Numbered from the stretch's first letter, positions 1-9,764 are shown. The stretch: 46,261 nucleotides of DNA from Thermoplasmata archaeon (GCA_030039715.1 JASHVA010000033.1:1-46261); one strand, 5' to 3'. Numbers and translations are program-made. The notes: generated by a model from the letters alone, not told the origin.

Positions 1-851
1 TGGCGCGCGAGCGGGCCGGCCGCGAGCACCTCCTCGAGGTCCTCGTAGGTCGGGCGGTCGGTCTTGTAGAAGAGACCGATCGGGATCTTGTCGCCCCACT
101 CGAGCGCCCGCTGCCACGCCGCGACGATGTCGCTCGGGTCGTGGCCGGCGCTCTCGAGCTTGTAGACGCGCTGGCGGAAGAAGTCGAACGTGTTGAGTTT
201 GTTGTAGGTCACGCACGGGCTGAAGACGTCCACGAAAGCGAAGCCGCGGTGCTGGATCCCGGCGACGATGAGGTCGGTCAGCTGCTTCACGTCGCCCGAG
301 AATCCGCGGGCGATGTACGTCGCGCCGCTCGCGAGGGCGAGCGCGATCGGGTCGATGGGGTGTTCGATGACGCCGGTCGGTGTCGACTTCGTCTTCTGCC
401 CCATCATCGACGTCGGGCTCGCCTGGCCGGTCGTGAGCCCGTAGATCTGGTTGTCCATCGTGACGTAGGTGAGGTCGACGTTCCGGCGCATCGCGTGGAC
501 GAAGTGGCCGGCCCCGATGCCGAAGCCGTCGCCGTCGCCGCCCGTTCCGATCACCGTCAGGCCGTGGTTGGCCCACCGGATCCCCTCCGCGACGGGGAGC
601 GCCCGGCCGTGGATGGCGTGGAATCCGTAGGAGGAGAGGAAGTGCGGCAGGTTGGACGAGCAACCGATGCCCGAGACGATCACCACGTCGTACGGCGGGA
701 TCTGAAGGCGCTTCACCGCGCTCTCCACCGCCGCGACGACGCCGAAGTCACCGCAGCCGGGACACCAGGTCGGCTTTGTGTCCGACTTCCCGATCACGGG
801 GAGTGCGGGGCCCCCCGGAACGACCGCCGGGCGAGCGGAGCTATCGGCCAT
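1..851 (-). CDS. korB: 2-oxoacid:ferredoxin oxidoreductase beta subunit (truncated by window edge)
   Basis: Not in the ORF track. Manual translation from ATG 851 gives MADSSARP...PTWCPGCGDFG...GIGCSS...IHGR...GDGDG (TPP motif). It overlaps the stop of the alpha subunit. Confidence 0.93.
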   Translation of the reverse strand, partial: MADSSARPAVVPGGPALPVIGKSDTKPTWCPGCGDFGVVAAVESAVKRLQIPPYDVVIVSGIGCSSNLPHFLSSYGFHAIHGRALPVAEGIRWANHGLTVIGTGGDGDGFGIGAGHFVHAMRRNVDLTYVTMDNQIYGLTTGQASPTSMMGQKTKSTPTGVIEHPIDPIALALASGATYIARGFSGDVKQLTDLIVAGIQHRGFAFVDVFSPCVTYNKLNTFDFFRQRVYKLESAGHDPSDIVAAWQRALEWGDKIPIGLFYKTDRPTYEDLEEVLAAGPLAR

Positions 852-2592
852 GGTTCAGCATCTCCAGTGCGCGCGCCACGATCTCGTGGGGATAGAACGG
901 TTCGCCATCGTACTTGAGGAGGTGCTCCGAGAGGTGCACGCCGGTCTCGGCGCGGACGAGGCGTCCGAACTGACCGGAGTAGTTCGCCTCCACGAGGAGG
1001 GTCCGCCGCGCCTTCGCGAGCTCGGAACGGACCCGGTCCGCGTCGAGCGGATAGACCGTCGGGAACCGGAGGAGGTTCGTCGACCGGCCCTGGGCGTCGA
1101 GCACGGTCCGCGCGTCGCGCACGGCGCCGATCGTCGAGCCCCAGGCCACGAACGTGAGGTCGGCGCCCGCGGGTCCTTCCCAGACCGGGGGCTCGGTCGT
1201 CGCGGCGAGGCCGTGGAGCTTGCGCATCCGCTTCTCCATCATCCGCGCGCGCTCGGTCACCCAGATCGGGATGCCGGACTTGACGTCGGAGACGAGGTGG
1301 CCCTTCTCGTCGTGCTCGTCGGAGCCCGCGACGAACTGAAGGCCGGGCTGGCCGGGGAGCGCGCGCGGCGACACGCCGGACTCCGTGTAGAGGTAGCGCT
1401 TGTAGTCGTGCCCGTTCGGCTCCACGGTGAAGAGCGACGGGACGGCGATGTCGGTCGGGAGCTCCTCTCGGTCGACCGTCATCATGTTCTCGGAGAGATG
1501 GAGGTCGCTCGCGACGAGGATCGGCGTCTGCCAGGCCTCGGCGAGCTCGAAGGCGCGGATCGTCGCGCGGTAGGCGTCGGCCGCATGGGACGGAGCGAGG
1601 ATCGCCCGGGGGAACTCGCCCTGGCCGGCCCCGAGCATCAGGTTGAGGTCTCCCTGCTCGGTCTTCGTCGGGAGTCCGGTCGACGGGCCCGAGCGCTGCG
1701 ACTCGACCACAACCAGCGGGGTCTCCGTCATGCCCGCCATCCCGAGCGCTTCGACCATCAGCGAGAAGCCCCCGCCGCTGGTCGCGGTCATCGCGCGGAC
1801 CCCTCCGAACGAGGCGCCGATCGCCATGTTGATCGCGGCGAGCTCGTCCTCGGCCTGCTTCACGACCACCCCGAGCGCCTGGGAGTGCGCCGCCATCCAG
1901 TGCATGATCGAGGACGCCGGGGTCATCGGGTACTGGGCGAGGAACTTACAACCCGCGGCGGCCGCGCCGAGAGCGATCGCGGCGTTGCCGTTCAGGAGCA
2001 GCTTCGGCGCGCCGCGCTTCGAGATCGCGTGGTCGCTCGCCCCGGCGTGGGTCTTCGCGAACTCGTAGCCGGCGGCGCTCGCCCCGAGGTTCCAGTCGAC
2101 GACCTCACCGGCCTTGCGACCGAAGGAGTCCTTGAGGACCTCGTGCAGGAGGTCGAGCGGGATGCCGGCGAGATAGGCCGAAGCGCCCATGCCCGCGGCG
2201 TTCTGAAGGATCGATTGGCTCGTGTACTTCCGAGCGAATTCGAGGGTCGGGACGCCGAGCGACTTCACTCCCACGGGGAGCTCGCTCTCCGCCAGCTGGA
2301 ATTTCTCGGGGTCGTAGACGACCGTGCCGCCGCGCCGGAGCGACGGGGCATGGACCTGGACCGTCTGCTTGTCGAGGGCGTAGAGGACGTCCGCCTCATC
2401 CCCCTGCGAGTACGGGCGCCCGTCGGACGTGCGGGCCTGGAACCAGACGTGCCCGCCGCGGATCACCGACTGATAGGCGTTGAGCCCGAAGACGTGCCAG
2501 CCCATCCGGGAGAAGCATCGGGAGATCGTCTCCCCGATCGAGGCGATGCCGTCACCGGCTTGCCCGCCGGCACGCACAGCGAGATCGGTCAC
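841..2592 (-). CDS. korA: 2-oxoacid:acceptor oxidoreductase alpha subunit (gamma-alpha fusion)
   Basis: GGQAGDGI N-terminus; YPMTPAS, QAEDELAA, TSGGG and RSGPSTGLPT motifs. Confidence 0.95.
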   Translation of the reverse strand: MTDLAVRAGGQAGDGIASIGETISRCFSRMGWHVFGLNAYQSVIRGGHVWFQARTSDGRPYSQGDEADVLYALDKQTVQVHAPSLRRGGTVVYDPEKFQLAESELPVGVKSLGVPTLEFARKYTSQSILQNAAGMGASAYLAGIPLDLLHEVLKDSFGRKAGEVVDWNLGASAAGYEFAKTHAGASDHAISKRGAPKLLLNGNAAIALGAAAAGCKFLAQYPMTPASSIMHWMAAHSQALGVVVKQAEDELAAINMAIGASFGGVRAMTATSGGGFSLMVEALGMAGMTETPLVVVESQRSGPSTGLPTKTEQGDLNLMLGAGQGEFPRAILAPSHAADAYRATIRAFELAEAWQTPILVASDLHLSENMMTVDREELPTDIAVPSLFTVEPNGHDYKRYLYTESGVSPRALPGQPGLQFVAGSDEHDEKGHLVSDVKSGIPIWVTERARMMEKRMRKLHGLAATTEPPVWEGPAGADLTFVAWGSTIGAVRDARTVLDAQGRSTNLLRFPTVYPLDADRVRSELAKARRTLLVEANYSGQFGRLVRAETGVHLSEHLLKYDGEPFYPHEIVARALEMLNHGR

Positions 2593-2683
2593 GATCGCTT
2601 CGACTCCGTCGTGCGTATTAATCGGTTGTGCGGACGCGCGACCGAGGGCAACCCTTAGACGACCGACGGAGTGCCGGACCGAG

Positions 2684-2941
2684 ATGCCGCGACCGGTGCG
2701 CGTCCTGCTCTTCGCGACGGCGCGTACCGCCGTCGGGAAGTCGGAGCTCGCCTGGAACGTCCCCCCCGCGGGGATTCCGGCCTCGGCGCTCGCGGAGGAG
2801 CTCGCCCGGGCCTACCCCAAGCTCGCCCCGACGCTCCGGGTCAGCCGGCTCGTCCGCAACGGCCACCCGATCGAGCGGCCGAACCTGCGGGTCCGCCCGG
2901 GCGACGAGTTCGCGATCCACCCGCCGTACGGAGGGGGATGA
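2684..2941 (+). CDS. moaD: MoaD/ThiS/SAMP ubiquitin-like sulfur carrier
   Basis: 85 aa beta-grasp-like protein (VRVLLFA...GDEFAIHPPYGGG) with C-terminal GG; ATGA-coupled to moaE. Confidence 0.88.
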   Translation: MPRPVRVLLFATARTAVGKSELAWNVPPAGIPASALAEELARAYPKLAPTLRVSRLVRNGHPIERPNLRVRPGDEFAIHPPYGGG

Positions 2942-3384
2942 GCGGCTCGTTGCGACTGACCCGGCGCCCTCTCTCCTTCTCCGCGGCCGGCCGAGCGCTT
3001 CTCGGGCCCGACCTGGGCGGAGTCGTCCTCTTCGCGGGTCGGGTCCGTGCGGAACGCTCGGGCTCCGGCCGCGTCTCCGCCCTGGAGTACGAGGTGCACC
3101 TCGGGCCGGCGCTCGCCGTCATGCATCGCCTCGACCGCGAGGCGCGAGCCCGTTACGGCGTGGAACGGACGGTGCTCTGGCACCGGGTCGGCCGAGTTCC
3201 GGCGGGCGAGATCTCGGTCATCGCGGGCGCGGCGGCCGGACACCGGGCGCCGGCGTTCGCCGCCGCGCGGTTCCTGATCGACGAGCTGAAGCGGACGGTG
3301 CCGATCTGGAAGACGGAACGAGCACGACCCGCGCGTCGACCGCGACGACCCCCTCGCCCTGCGGCCGCACGATCACCGGATTGA
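2938..3384 (+). CDS. moaE: Molybdopterin synthase catalytic subunit
   Basis: GGVVLFAGRVR, LEYE, HRVG, HR..AF and IDELKRTVPIWKTE motifs. Confidence 0.92.
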   Translation: MSGSLRLTRRPLSFSAAGRALLGPDLGGVVLFAGRVRAERSGSGRVSALEYEVHLGPALAVMHRLDREARARYGVERTVLWHRVGRVPAGEISVIAGAAAGHRAPAFAAARFLIDELKRTVPIWKTERARPARRPRRPPRPAAARSPD

Positions 3385-5437
3385 GGTCGAGCTCCACGAC
3401 CTCGGGCAGCTCCACCGCCAGTTGAGAGACCCGTTCGATCGCCTCCGTGAGCGCGCCGAGGTCGCTCGCCCGTTCGCCGCGCACTCCGCGGAGGAGGGGA
3501 TACGACCGGATCGACTCGATCATGTGCTGTGCGCCGAGCGGTCGGACGGGGGCGAGCCGGAACGTGACGTCGTGCAGGACCTCGACGTAGATCCCCCCCG
3601 TACCGAAGACCACGACCGGGCCGAAGCCGGGGTCCCGCTGGATCCCGAGCAGCACCTCCTTGCCGCCCCGGATCTCCGCCTCGACCTCGAATCCCGCGAT
3701 GCGGGCCCCGGGCGCGCGGCGCGCGAGCGAACTCCTCATCCGTTCGAACGCGGCCGCAAGCGCCCCCGCGTCCTCGATGCCGAGGGCCACGCCGCCCACC
3801 TCCGTCTTGTGCGAGATGTCGGGCGACGCGACCTTGAGCACGACCGGGTAACCGATCGCGCGGGCCCCCTCCCGCGCCGCGTCGAGCGTCCGGACGCGCC
3901 GGCTCTCGGGGAACCGGAGCCCGTACGCCCCGAGCAGGGCGCGGGCCGAGTACTCCGGCAGCACGAGCTCACCGGCCTTACGCGCCCGGCGGAGCGCCGC
4001 GCGGACGGCCGCACGGTCGACCGGGAAGGATCGGACCTCGGTGCGGCGGCGCGACGCCCAGGCACGGTACCGGGCGAGGCTGCCGAGCCCCTGCACCGCC
4101 TCCTCGGGGAACGTGAACGTCGGGACCCCATGCGCCTCGAGGTCCCCGACCTCCTGCGAGAGGTCCGTGAGCCCGAAGAGGCACGCCGTCACCGCCTTGC
4201 GGCTCGAACCCCGGGCGGAGAGGATCGCCCGGGCCGTCGCCTCGGCCGTCAACGTGCCCGTGGGGGTCGCGATCACGAGGGCTCCGTCGACCGTGGGCTC
4301 GCGCAGGAGACGGCCCAGTGCGTCGGCGAACTGGGCCGGGCTCGCGTCCGCGGTCATGTCGACCGGGTTCGCCACGGACGCCGACGGGGAGAGCCGACGG
4401 GCGAGCGCGGCCCGCACCCGGGCGGAGAGCGGCGGCAGCTCGAGATGCTGTCGGGCGGCCGCGTCGGCGGCGACGATCCCGGGGCCTCCCGAGTTCGTGA
4501 GCACCGCGAGCCGGGGCCCGTCGAGCCGGGCCCCCGAGGAGAAGACCTTCGCCATCCGGAAGAGGTCGCCGATCGTGTCGGCGCGCAGCACACCGGACTG
4601 CTCGAAGAGTGCGTCGTACAGCTGGTCGCGCCCCGACTGGGCGAGCGAACCGGTGTGGCTCTTCGCCGCACGCTCTCCGGCGGGGGTCCGGCCGCTTTTG
4701 ATCACGAGCACCGGCTTCGACTCGGTGACCTCGCGCGCGACGTCGAGGAACCGGCGGCCGTCGGAGAGGCTCTCCACGTACAGGAGGATCACGCGGGTCG
4801 CTGGGTCGCGCCCGAGGGAGACGAGCAGGTCGTTCTCGTCGATGCCCGCCCGGTTCCCGACCGAGACGAACCGGGAGAACCCGATCCGCTCCGCGACGCC
4901 GTAGCGAAGGATCCCGGCGCAGAGCGCCCCGCTCTGCGAGACGAAGGCGATGTTCCCGCGCGGCGGCAGGGTCTCGCTGAACGTGGCGTTCAGGCTGACC
5001 GCGGGGTCGGTGTTCAGCACCCCGAAGCAGTTCGGTCCGACGAGCGCCATGCCGTAGCGTCGCGCCCGCTCGACGAGCGCGGCCTCTCGGGCGACGCCGG
5101 CGCCGCCGATCTCGCCGAAACCGGAGGAGACGACGACGACCCCGCGCGTCCCCGCGACCCCGAGCTCGTCGACGACCTCGGGCACCTCGGGCGCCGGCAC
5201 GATCACGACCGCGAGCTCCGGCGCTTCGGGGAGGGCCCTCACGGACCGGTAGCACCGCACTCCCGAGACGCTCGACCACCGGGGATTCACCGGATACGCG
5301 ACGCCCCGGAAGCCGGCGGCGAGGACGTTGCGGAAGAGGCTCGCCCCGACAGTGCCCGGGCGGTTCGACGCCCCGATCACCGCCACGGACGCCGGGGCGA
5401 AGAGCTCGCCCAGGTCGCGGAACGTTCTCTCGCCCAT
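3218..5437 (-). CDS. Acetate/acyl-CoA ligase (ADP-forming), alpha-beta fusion
   Basis: SVAVIGAS, GPNCFG, SQSGA, SHTGSLA (phospho-His), HKTEVGGV and ELDLNP. The start is ATG 5437 (MGERTF); the upstream extension in the ORF track is antisense to mrp. Confidence 0.9.
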   Translation of the reverse strand: MGERTFRDLGELFAPASVAVIGASNRPGTVGASLFRNVLAAGFRGVAYPVNPRWSSVSGVRCYRSVRALPEAPELAVVIVPAPEVPEVVDELGVAGTRGVVVVSSGFGEIGGAGVAREAALVERARRYGMALVGPNCFGVLNTDPAVSLNATFSETLPPRGNIAFVSQSGALCAGILRYGVAERIGFSRFVSVGNRAGIDENDLLVSLGRDPATRVILLYVESLSDGRRFLDVAREVTESKPVLVIKSGRTPAGERAAKSHTGSLAQSGRDQLYDALFEQSGVLRADTIGDLFRMAKVFSSGARLDGPRLAVLTNSGGPGIVAADAAARQHLELPPLSARVRAALARRLSPSASVANPVDMTADASPAQFADALGRLLREPTVDGALVIATPTGTLTAEATARAILSARGSSRKAVTACLFGLTDLSQEVGDLEAHGVPTFTFPEEAVQGLGSLARYRAWASRRRTEVRSFPVDRAAVRAALRRARKAGELVLPEYSARALLGAYGLRFPESRRVRTLDAAREGARAIGYPVVLKVASPDISHKTEVGGVALGIEDAGALAAAFERMRSSLARRAPGARIAGFEVEAEIRGGKEVLLGIQRDPGFGPVVVFGTGGIYVEVLHDVTFRLAPVRPLGAQHMIESIRSYPLLRGVRGERASDLGALTEAIERVSQLAVELPEVVELDLNPVIVRPQGEGVVAVDARVVLVPSSRSAPSASARRSGTARRRTPAPGVRPPRPR

Positions 5438-5473
5438 CTCTCGAGCGCTCGTCGCGCTGTCGGACCGACCCCC

Positions 5474-5482
5474 GTTATATAG
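5474..5482. promoter_or_regulatory. TATA box serving the divergent acd/mrp genes
   Basis: GTTATATAG island in GC-rich DNA, about 23 nt before the mrp ATG (leaderless geometry). Confidence 0.65.
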
Positions 5483-5503
5483 CCCCCTCGGCGTCTTCGG
5501 CCG

Positions 5504-6379
5504 ATGGTCGCGACGTCCGGACCCGAACCGCACGGCCGGCCGACGTCGACCCCCACCCACAGCGGACCGACGCGGGGCCGGCCCGGCGGGGTGCTCCAGC
5601 GGATGGACAAGGGGCAGATCCAGCGCGTCATCGCGGTCGGGAGCGGTAAGGGCGGGGTCGGGAAGTCGAGCGTCACCGCGCTCCTCGCCGCGGAACTTCG
5701 CCGGCAGGGCCACACGGTGGGCATCCTCGACGCCGACATCACCGGCCCCTCGATCCCGAAGCTGCTCGGCATGCACGGGCCGCTCCGCGACGCGGGCGAG
5801 GGGATCGAGCCCGCCACCTCCCGCTCGGGGATCCCGGTCGTCTCCTCGCAGTTCATGGTGGAGGACGAGCAGGCGCCGGTGATCTGGCGCGGGCCGCTCG
5901 TGACGCGGCTGATCACGCAGTTCTTCGGCGGCGTCCACTGGGGGCCGCTCGACTACCTCCTCATCGACATGCCGCCGGGGACGAGCGATGTCCCGCTCAC
6001 GGTCTTCCAGACGATCCCGATCGACGGGATGGTGTTCGTCCTGACCCCGCAGGACCTCGCGGCGTTGATCGTGAAGAAGGCGATGAACATGGCCCGCGAC
6101 CTCCACGTCGCGCTCCTCGGCGTCGTGGAGAACATGTCCTGGATCGTCTGCCCGCATTGCGGGGAGCGGATCCCGCTCTTCGGCCCCGGCACCGTCGAGC
6201 GCGTCGGTCAGGAGTACGGGATCCCCGTGCTCGCGCGTCTCCCGCTCGCTCCCGCGATCTCCGAGCTCGCCGACGCCGGACGGGTCGACGAGTTCCAGTC
6301 GCCCGAACTGAAGGCGCTCGCCGAGGCCCTCGTCCGGAAGGTCGACGAGGTCACGAAGGGCTCGTCGACGGTGCTGTAG
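5504..6379 (+). CDS. mrp: Mrp/ApbC/Nbp35 Fe-S cluster carrier ATPase
   Basis: GKGGVGKS, DADITGPS, WRGP, DMPPGT and ENMS..CPHC motifs. Confidence 0.95.
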   Translation: MVATSGPEPHGRPTSTPTHSGPTRGRPGGVLQRMDKGQIQRVIAVGSGKGGVGKSSVTALLAAELRRQGHTVGILDADITGPSIPKLLGMHGPLRDAGEGIEPATSRSGIPVVSSQFMVEDEQAPVIWRGPLVTRLITQFFGGVHWGPLDYLLIDMPPGTSDVPLTVFQTIPIDGMVFVLTPQDLAALIVKKAMNMARDLHVALLGVVENMSWIVCPHCGERIPLFGPGTVERVGQEYGIPVLARLPLAPAISELADAGRVDEFQSPELKALAEALVRKVDEVTKGSSTVL

Positions 6380-7064
6380 TCCCGCGCAACTGTCGGAACG
6401 GGATCGCCTCGGTCGGCACGCCGCGCCGACCCAGCGCCGCGCGCAGGCCCTCGACGTGCGCGTCCCCGACGACGACGGCCATGCGGCCGTACCCCCGGGC
6501 GCGCAGCGCGGCCAATCGCTCGGCCATGTGCTCGTTCCGCTCATCGAGCAGGACGTGGGCGACGGTCGGGCTCACCCGGCGCAGCTCGTCCGTGAACTCC
6601 TGAGGGGACTCCGCGTACCGGTCCATCTCCCGCTCCACGACGCGGGCGGGCACGAAGAGGGCGACCGCCGCCCCCACGACCAGGGCGACCCGCTCCTTGA
6701 ACGGCATCCGGCGCACGAGCTCGAGGAGCGTCGTCCGGATCGGGTCGTCGATCAGGAAGAGGGGCAGCGACCGTTCGCGCGCGAGGCGCGCGGCGACCTG
6801 CATCTCGGCGCCGGGCTCGCCGCCGCCGATCTCGGCGCCGAGGCGTCGCTGGACGTGCGCCCAGAGCCGCGCGAAGAGCGGGGCCCCGGCCGACCCGCGC
6901 GCGGGCCCGCCGCCGAAGAGGCTCGCCGCCCGCTCGGCATCGAGCTCGATCGCGACCCCGTCGAGCGTCCGCCCCGAGAGCGCTCGGCGGAGCGGCTCCT
7001 CGAGGTCGACGACGTGCGCGGCCCCGAGCAGGAGGACGGGGCTCTGGGTGGTCGAGGCGTACAC
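6351..7064 (-). CDS. TraB/PrgY/GumN family protein
   Basis: LLGAAHV, VAIELD, AEM, LIDDPI..TL, ERNEHMA and VVGDAH motifs. Confidence 0.8.
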   Translation of the reverse strand: MYASTTQSPVLLLGAAHVVDLEEPLRRALSGRTLDGVAIELDAERAASLFGGGPARGSAGAPLFARLWAHVQRRLGAEIGGGEPGAEMQVAARLARERSLPLFLIDDPIRTTLLELVRRMPFKERVALVVGAAVALFVPARVVEREMDRYAESPQEFTDELRRVSPTVAHVLLDERNEHMAERLAALRARGYGRMAVVVGDAHVEGLRAALGRRGVPTEAIPFRQLRGTTAPSTSPS

Positions 7065-7147
7065 GCCCGTACGAGGCGGCCACCGCCTATCTCGCTTCGC
7101 CCCCGCTCCGGCAAAGCCCCAAATACCGAGCCGGGGTCGCCGGCCCG

Positions 7148-7450
7148 ATGGCCTGGACCCTCTTCTCCGTCCCCTCGACCCGTCGCAACGACCTCGACAT
7201 CGTCCTGAAGGACGACCAGCTCTCCCGTCAGAGCCAGAAGGTCCGGGAAGCCTCCTCCGCCGGCGGCCCCGCCGGCGCGCTCTACGTGCTGCTCGAGGGC
7301 TCGTCCGAGGCGATGCGCCGGGCCGACGAGCTCCTCGGCGCGGTCGGCACGAAGCTCCCGCCCGCCGAGGCCGAGCCCCTCTATCGACGGTTCAAGGAAG
7401 AGGAGGAGTCGGCGTCCGCGGGGATGGGCCTCTTCTTCACCGAGGAGTGA
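7148..7450 (+). CDS. Hypothetical protein (100 aa)
   Basis: Clean ATG ORF with host-like codon usage; CAAATA box about 25 nt upstream. Confidence 0.7.
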   Translation: MAWTLFSVPSTRRNDLDIVLKDDQLSRQSQKVREASSAGGPAGALYVLLEGSSEAMRRADELLGAVGTKLPPAEAEPLYRRFKEEEESASAGMGLFFTEE

Positions 7451-7454
7451 CGGC

Positions 7455-8246
7455 TCAATCGCTCGCGGGGGCGTGGGACGGCTCGAGGTCCTCGCCGCCG
7501 CCGAAGACGCGCTGGGCCGACTGGTAGAACGGCTCGAGACCGCTGCCGTCCCGCGCGGACGTGGCGAGGAGCCCGGCGAGCGGCCCGAGCGACTCGATTG
7601 CGCGGAAGAGCTCGGTCGACAGCTGGACGTCCGGCGTCGGGGCGTCGCGCGTCACCGCGTCGTGCAGCTCACCGGGGTCCTCCGCCCAGCGCGTGAGCTC
7701 CCGGAGCTGCTCCGGCGTCAGCACGTCGGACTTCGTGAGCACGTTCAGCATCGGGAGCCGAAACCGGAACTCGACGGTCGCGCTCAGCATGAGGAGGGAG
7801 ACGAAGCCGGCGGCGTTGCGCGCGAGCGCGGGGTCGAAGAGGAACGCGACGAGCGAGCGGTCGCCGCTCAGCGCGTCGACGATCGCCTTCGACGCCTCGC
7901 GGAACGCGAACAGCTCGATCTGGCCCGGCGTGTCGACGAGGACGTAGTCGGTCTTCAGCTCCTCCACGGCCTGCTTCACGTCGAAGATCTTGAGCGCGAT
8001 CATGTCGGCCGCGGCGATCTGCGCGCCGTTCGGCCCCAGCCCGTACTCGTCCTGGAGGTCGTCGAGGCGGACCCACTCCCGGATGTCGACGTCGGGGTCG
8101 AGCGACGTCGACTCGCTCCCCGGGTCGAGGTTGACCACGGTGGTCTCGTAACCGGCCTGCTTCATCCAGTCGGCGAGCGCGCGCACGAACGTCGTCTTTC
8201 CCGCGCCCGCGGTGCCGGTGAAGTAGATCGTGCCGGGCTCGTCCAT
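7455..8246 (-). CDS. GPN-loop GTPase
   Basis: GTAGAGKT, NLDPG, YGLGPNG, DTPGQIE and TKSD motifs. Confidence 0.93.
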   Translation of the reverse strand: MDEPGTIYFTGTAGAGKTTFVRALADWMKQAGYETTVVNLDPGSESTSLDPDVDIREWVRLDDLQDEYGLGPNGAQIAAADMIALKIFDVKQAVEELKTDYVLVDTPGQIELFAFREASKAIVDALSGDRSLVAFLFDPALARNAAGFVSLLMLSATVEFRFRLPMLNVLTKSDVLTPEQLRELTRWAEDPGELHDAVTRDAPTPDVQLSTELFRAIESLGPLAGLLATSARDGSGLEPFYQSAQRVFGGGEDLEPSHAPASD

Positions 8247-8248
8247 CG

Positions 8249-8548
8249 CTACTTCTTCGGCCCGCTCGGCCGGTGCTTCTTGAGATCGGCGGCGACCGCC
8301 CGGAGGAACTGGGTCTTCGTGACGCCGCCGCGCTTGACCACCCGCACGCGGCCGGCGTACGTGTAGAACCGTCGCGGGTACTGCTTCTCCGCCTCGACCT
8401 CGGCCTTGTAACCGAGTCGCCGGGCGGACTCGACGATCTCCTGCGCCGTCACTTCGACCAGGGCGTCGCCGTCGGGCAGACGGCGGCCGTCGCGCCGCGA
8501 GAGGCCCCGCCCGAGATAGGCCGGGTAGACGAAGAAATGGTCGGGCAT
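8249..8548 (-). CDS. srp19: Signal recognition particle protein SRP19
   Basis: VYPAYL...SRRDGRR, K.YPR and GRV motifs. Confidence 0.9.
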   Translation of the reverse strand: MPDHFFVYPAYLGRGLSRRDGRRLPDGDALVEVTAQEIVESARRLGYKAEVEAEKQYPRRFYTYAGRVRVVKRGGVTKTQFLRAVAADLKKHRPSGPKK

Positions 8549-8567
8549 CGGCCGACCTCGGCGGCGC

Positions 8568-8966
8568 TCACGCGGCCGCGTTCGGCGCGGCGACCCGGAC
8601 GCCGCTCAGGACGCCGTCCTGGCCGGGGCGCGAGCGGACACGGACGAGGCCGAGGTCGGTCTCGAGGATCGCGCCCTTCGTGATGATGTTCCGCTGGACG
8701 TAGTTGGGGTTCGCCGGATTCTCGCGGACGGTGATCACGTTCGCCCGCTGCGTCTTCTTGGTCGCCGGGTCGTAGACGTTGATCGTCCGAGTCGTCAGGA
8801 TCCGGAGCTTCACGTTCGCTCCGCGGACGCGGTACGGCTTCACCGTCCCGCTGCCGAGCGTCGCGTGCTGGAGCTCGCGCGAGATCTCGAACCGGCGCTT
8901 CTTGCGGATCGGACGGAGGCGTCCGCCGGTGCGCTTGCGCCGCGAGCGGCCCTGCCAGATCCCCAT
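8568..8966 (-). CDS. rps8e: 30S ribosomal protein S8e
   Basis: MGIWQGRSRRKRTGG...RVRGAN...RNIITKGA...SRPGQDG; start at ATG 8966. Confidence 0.96.
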   Translation of the reverse strand: MGIWQGRSRRKRTGGRLRPIRKKRRFEISRELQHATLGSGTVKPYRVRGANVKLRILTTRTINVYDPATKKTQRANVITVRENPANPNYVQRNIITKGAILETDLGLVRVRSRPGQDGVLSGVRVAAPNAAA

Positions 8967-9098
8967 CTCGGCTCCGAGGGGCGTGCGAGCGGGGTTCGGT
9001 ATAAGACGTTTATCGCGCGGAGGGCGAGCTCCGCCGACCGGACGCCGTTCCGAGCGTCTTAATCCCCGGACTCGTTCCGTCGGCGCGGGGGGACGAAG

Positions 9099-9764
9099 AC
9101 GACGGGCGAGCGCGTCGTCGGGCTCGACGAGGCCGGGCGCGGCAGCGTGCTCGGTCCGCTCGTCGTCGGCGCGTTCGCCTGCGAGGCGACCGCGATCCCC
9201 GCCGTCGTCGCCGCGGGAGCGCGCGACTCGAAGCAGCTCACGCCGTCGCGCCGCGAGGAGGTCTACCGGCGGCTCGAGTCGCTCGGCGAACGGCGGTGGA
9301 TCTCGCTGCCCCCGCGCACGATCGACCGGTACGTCGCGCGCGGCCGGCTGAACCAGCTCGAGCTCGAGGCGTTCGCCGAGCTCGTGCGCGCGGTCCGACC
9401 GGACGTCGCCTACGTCGACGCCTGCGACCCCAACGAGGAGCGGTTCGGCCAGCGCCTGGCGACGCTCGCGGGCGGGACGGTCCGGGTCGTCAGCCGGCAT
9501 CGGGCCGACCGGGACCTGCCGATCGTCGGCGCCGCCTCCGTGGTCGCGAAGGTGCGGCGCGACGCCGAGCTCGCCGAGCTCCGGACCCTCGTCGACGAGC
9601 CGCTCGGTACCGGCTACCCGTCCGACCCGACGACCCGGGACTGCGTGCTGCGGCATGCCGCGGACGGACGGCGCGTCCCGCCGTGGATGCGACGCTCGTG
9701 GGAGACGGTCCAAAGGGTTAAGCGAAGTCGACCGGCTCGGACCCTCGAAGCGTTCGCCCCATGA
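9099..9764 (+). CDS. rnhB: Ribonuclease HII; start inferred at non-canonical ACG 9099
   Basis: GLDEAGRGSVLGP, RDSK.L, VDA, AASVVAKV.RD and G.GYPSD motifs. DEAGRG lies upstream of the first canonical start (GTG 9147). Confidence 0.92.
   Translation, partial: TTGERVVGLDEAGRGSVLGPLVVGAFACEATAIPAVVAAGARDSKQLTPSRREEVYRRLESLGERRWISLPPRTIDRYVARGRLNQLELEAFAELVRAVRPDVAYVDACDPNEERFGQRLATLAGGTVRVVSRHRADRDLPIVGAASVVAKVRRDAELAELRTLVDEPLGTGYPSDPTTRDCVLRHAADGRRVPPWMRRSWETVQRVKRSRPARTLEAFAP

Noticed and set aside
3218..6544. 1108-aa ORF suggesting a large acyl-CoA ligase fusion
   Set aside because: The N-terminal third is the antisense of mrp; homology and the promoter place the start at 5437.
6351..7064. 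TraB as a sign of conjugation
   Set aside because: The TraB/PrgY family is a common chromosomal archaeal gene, and no transfer genes are nearby.
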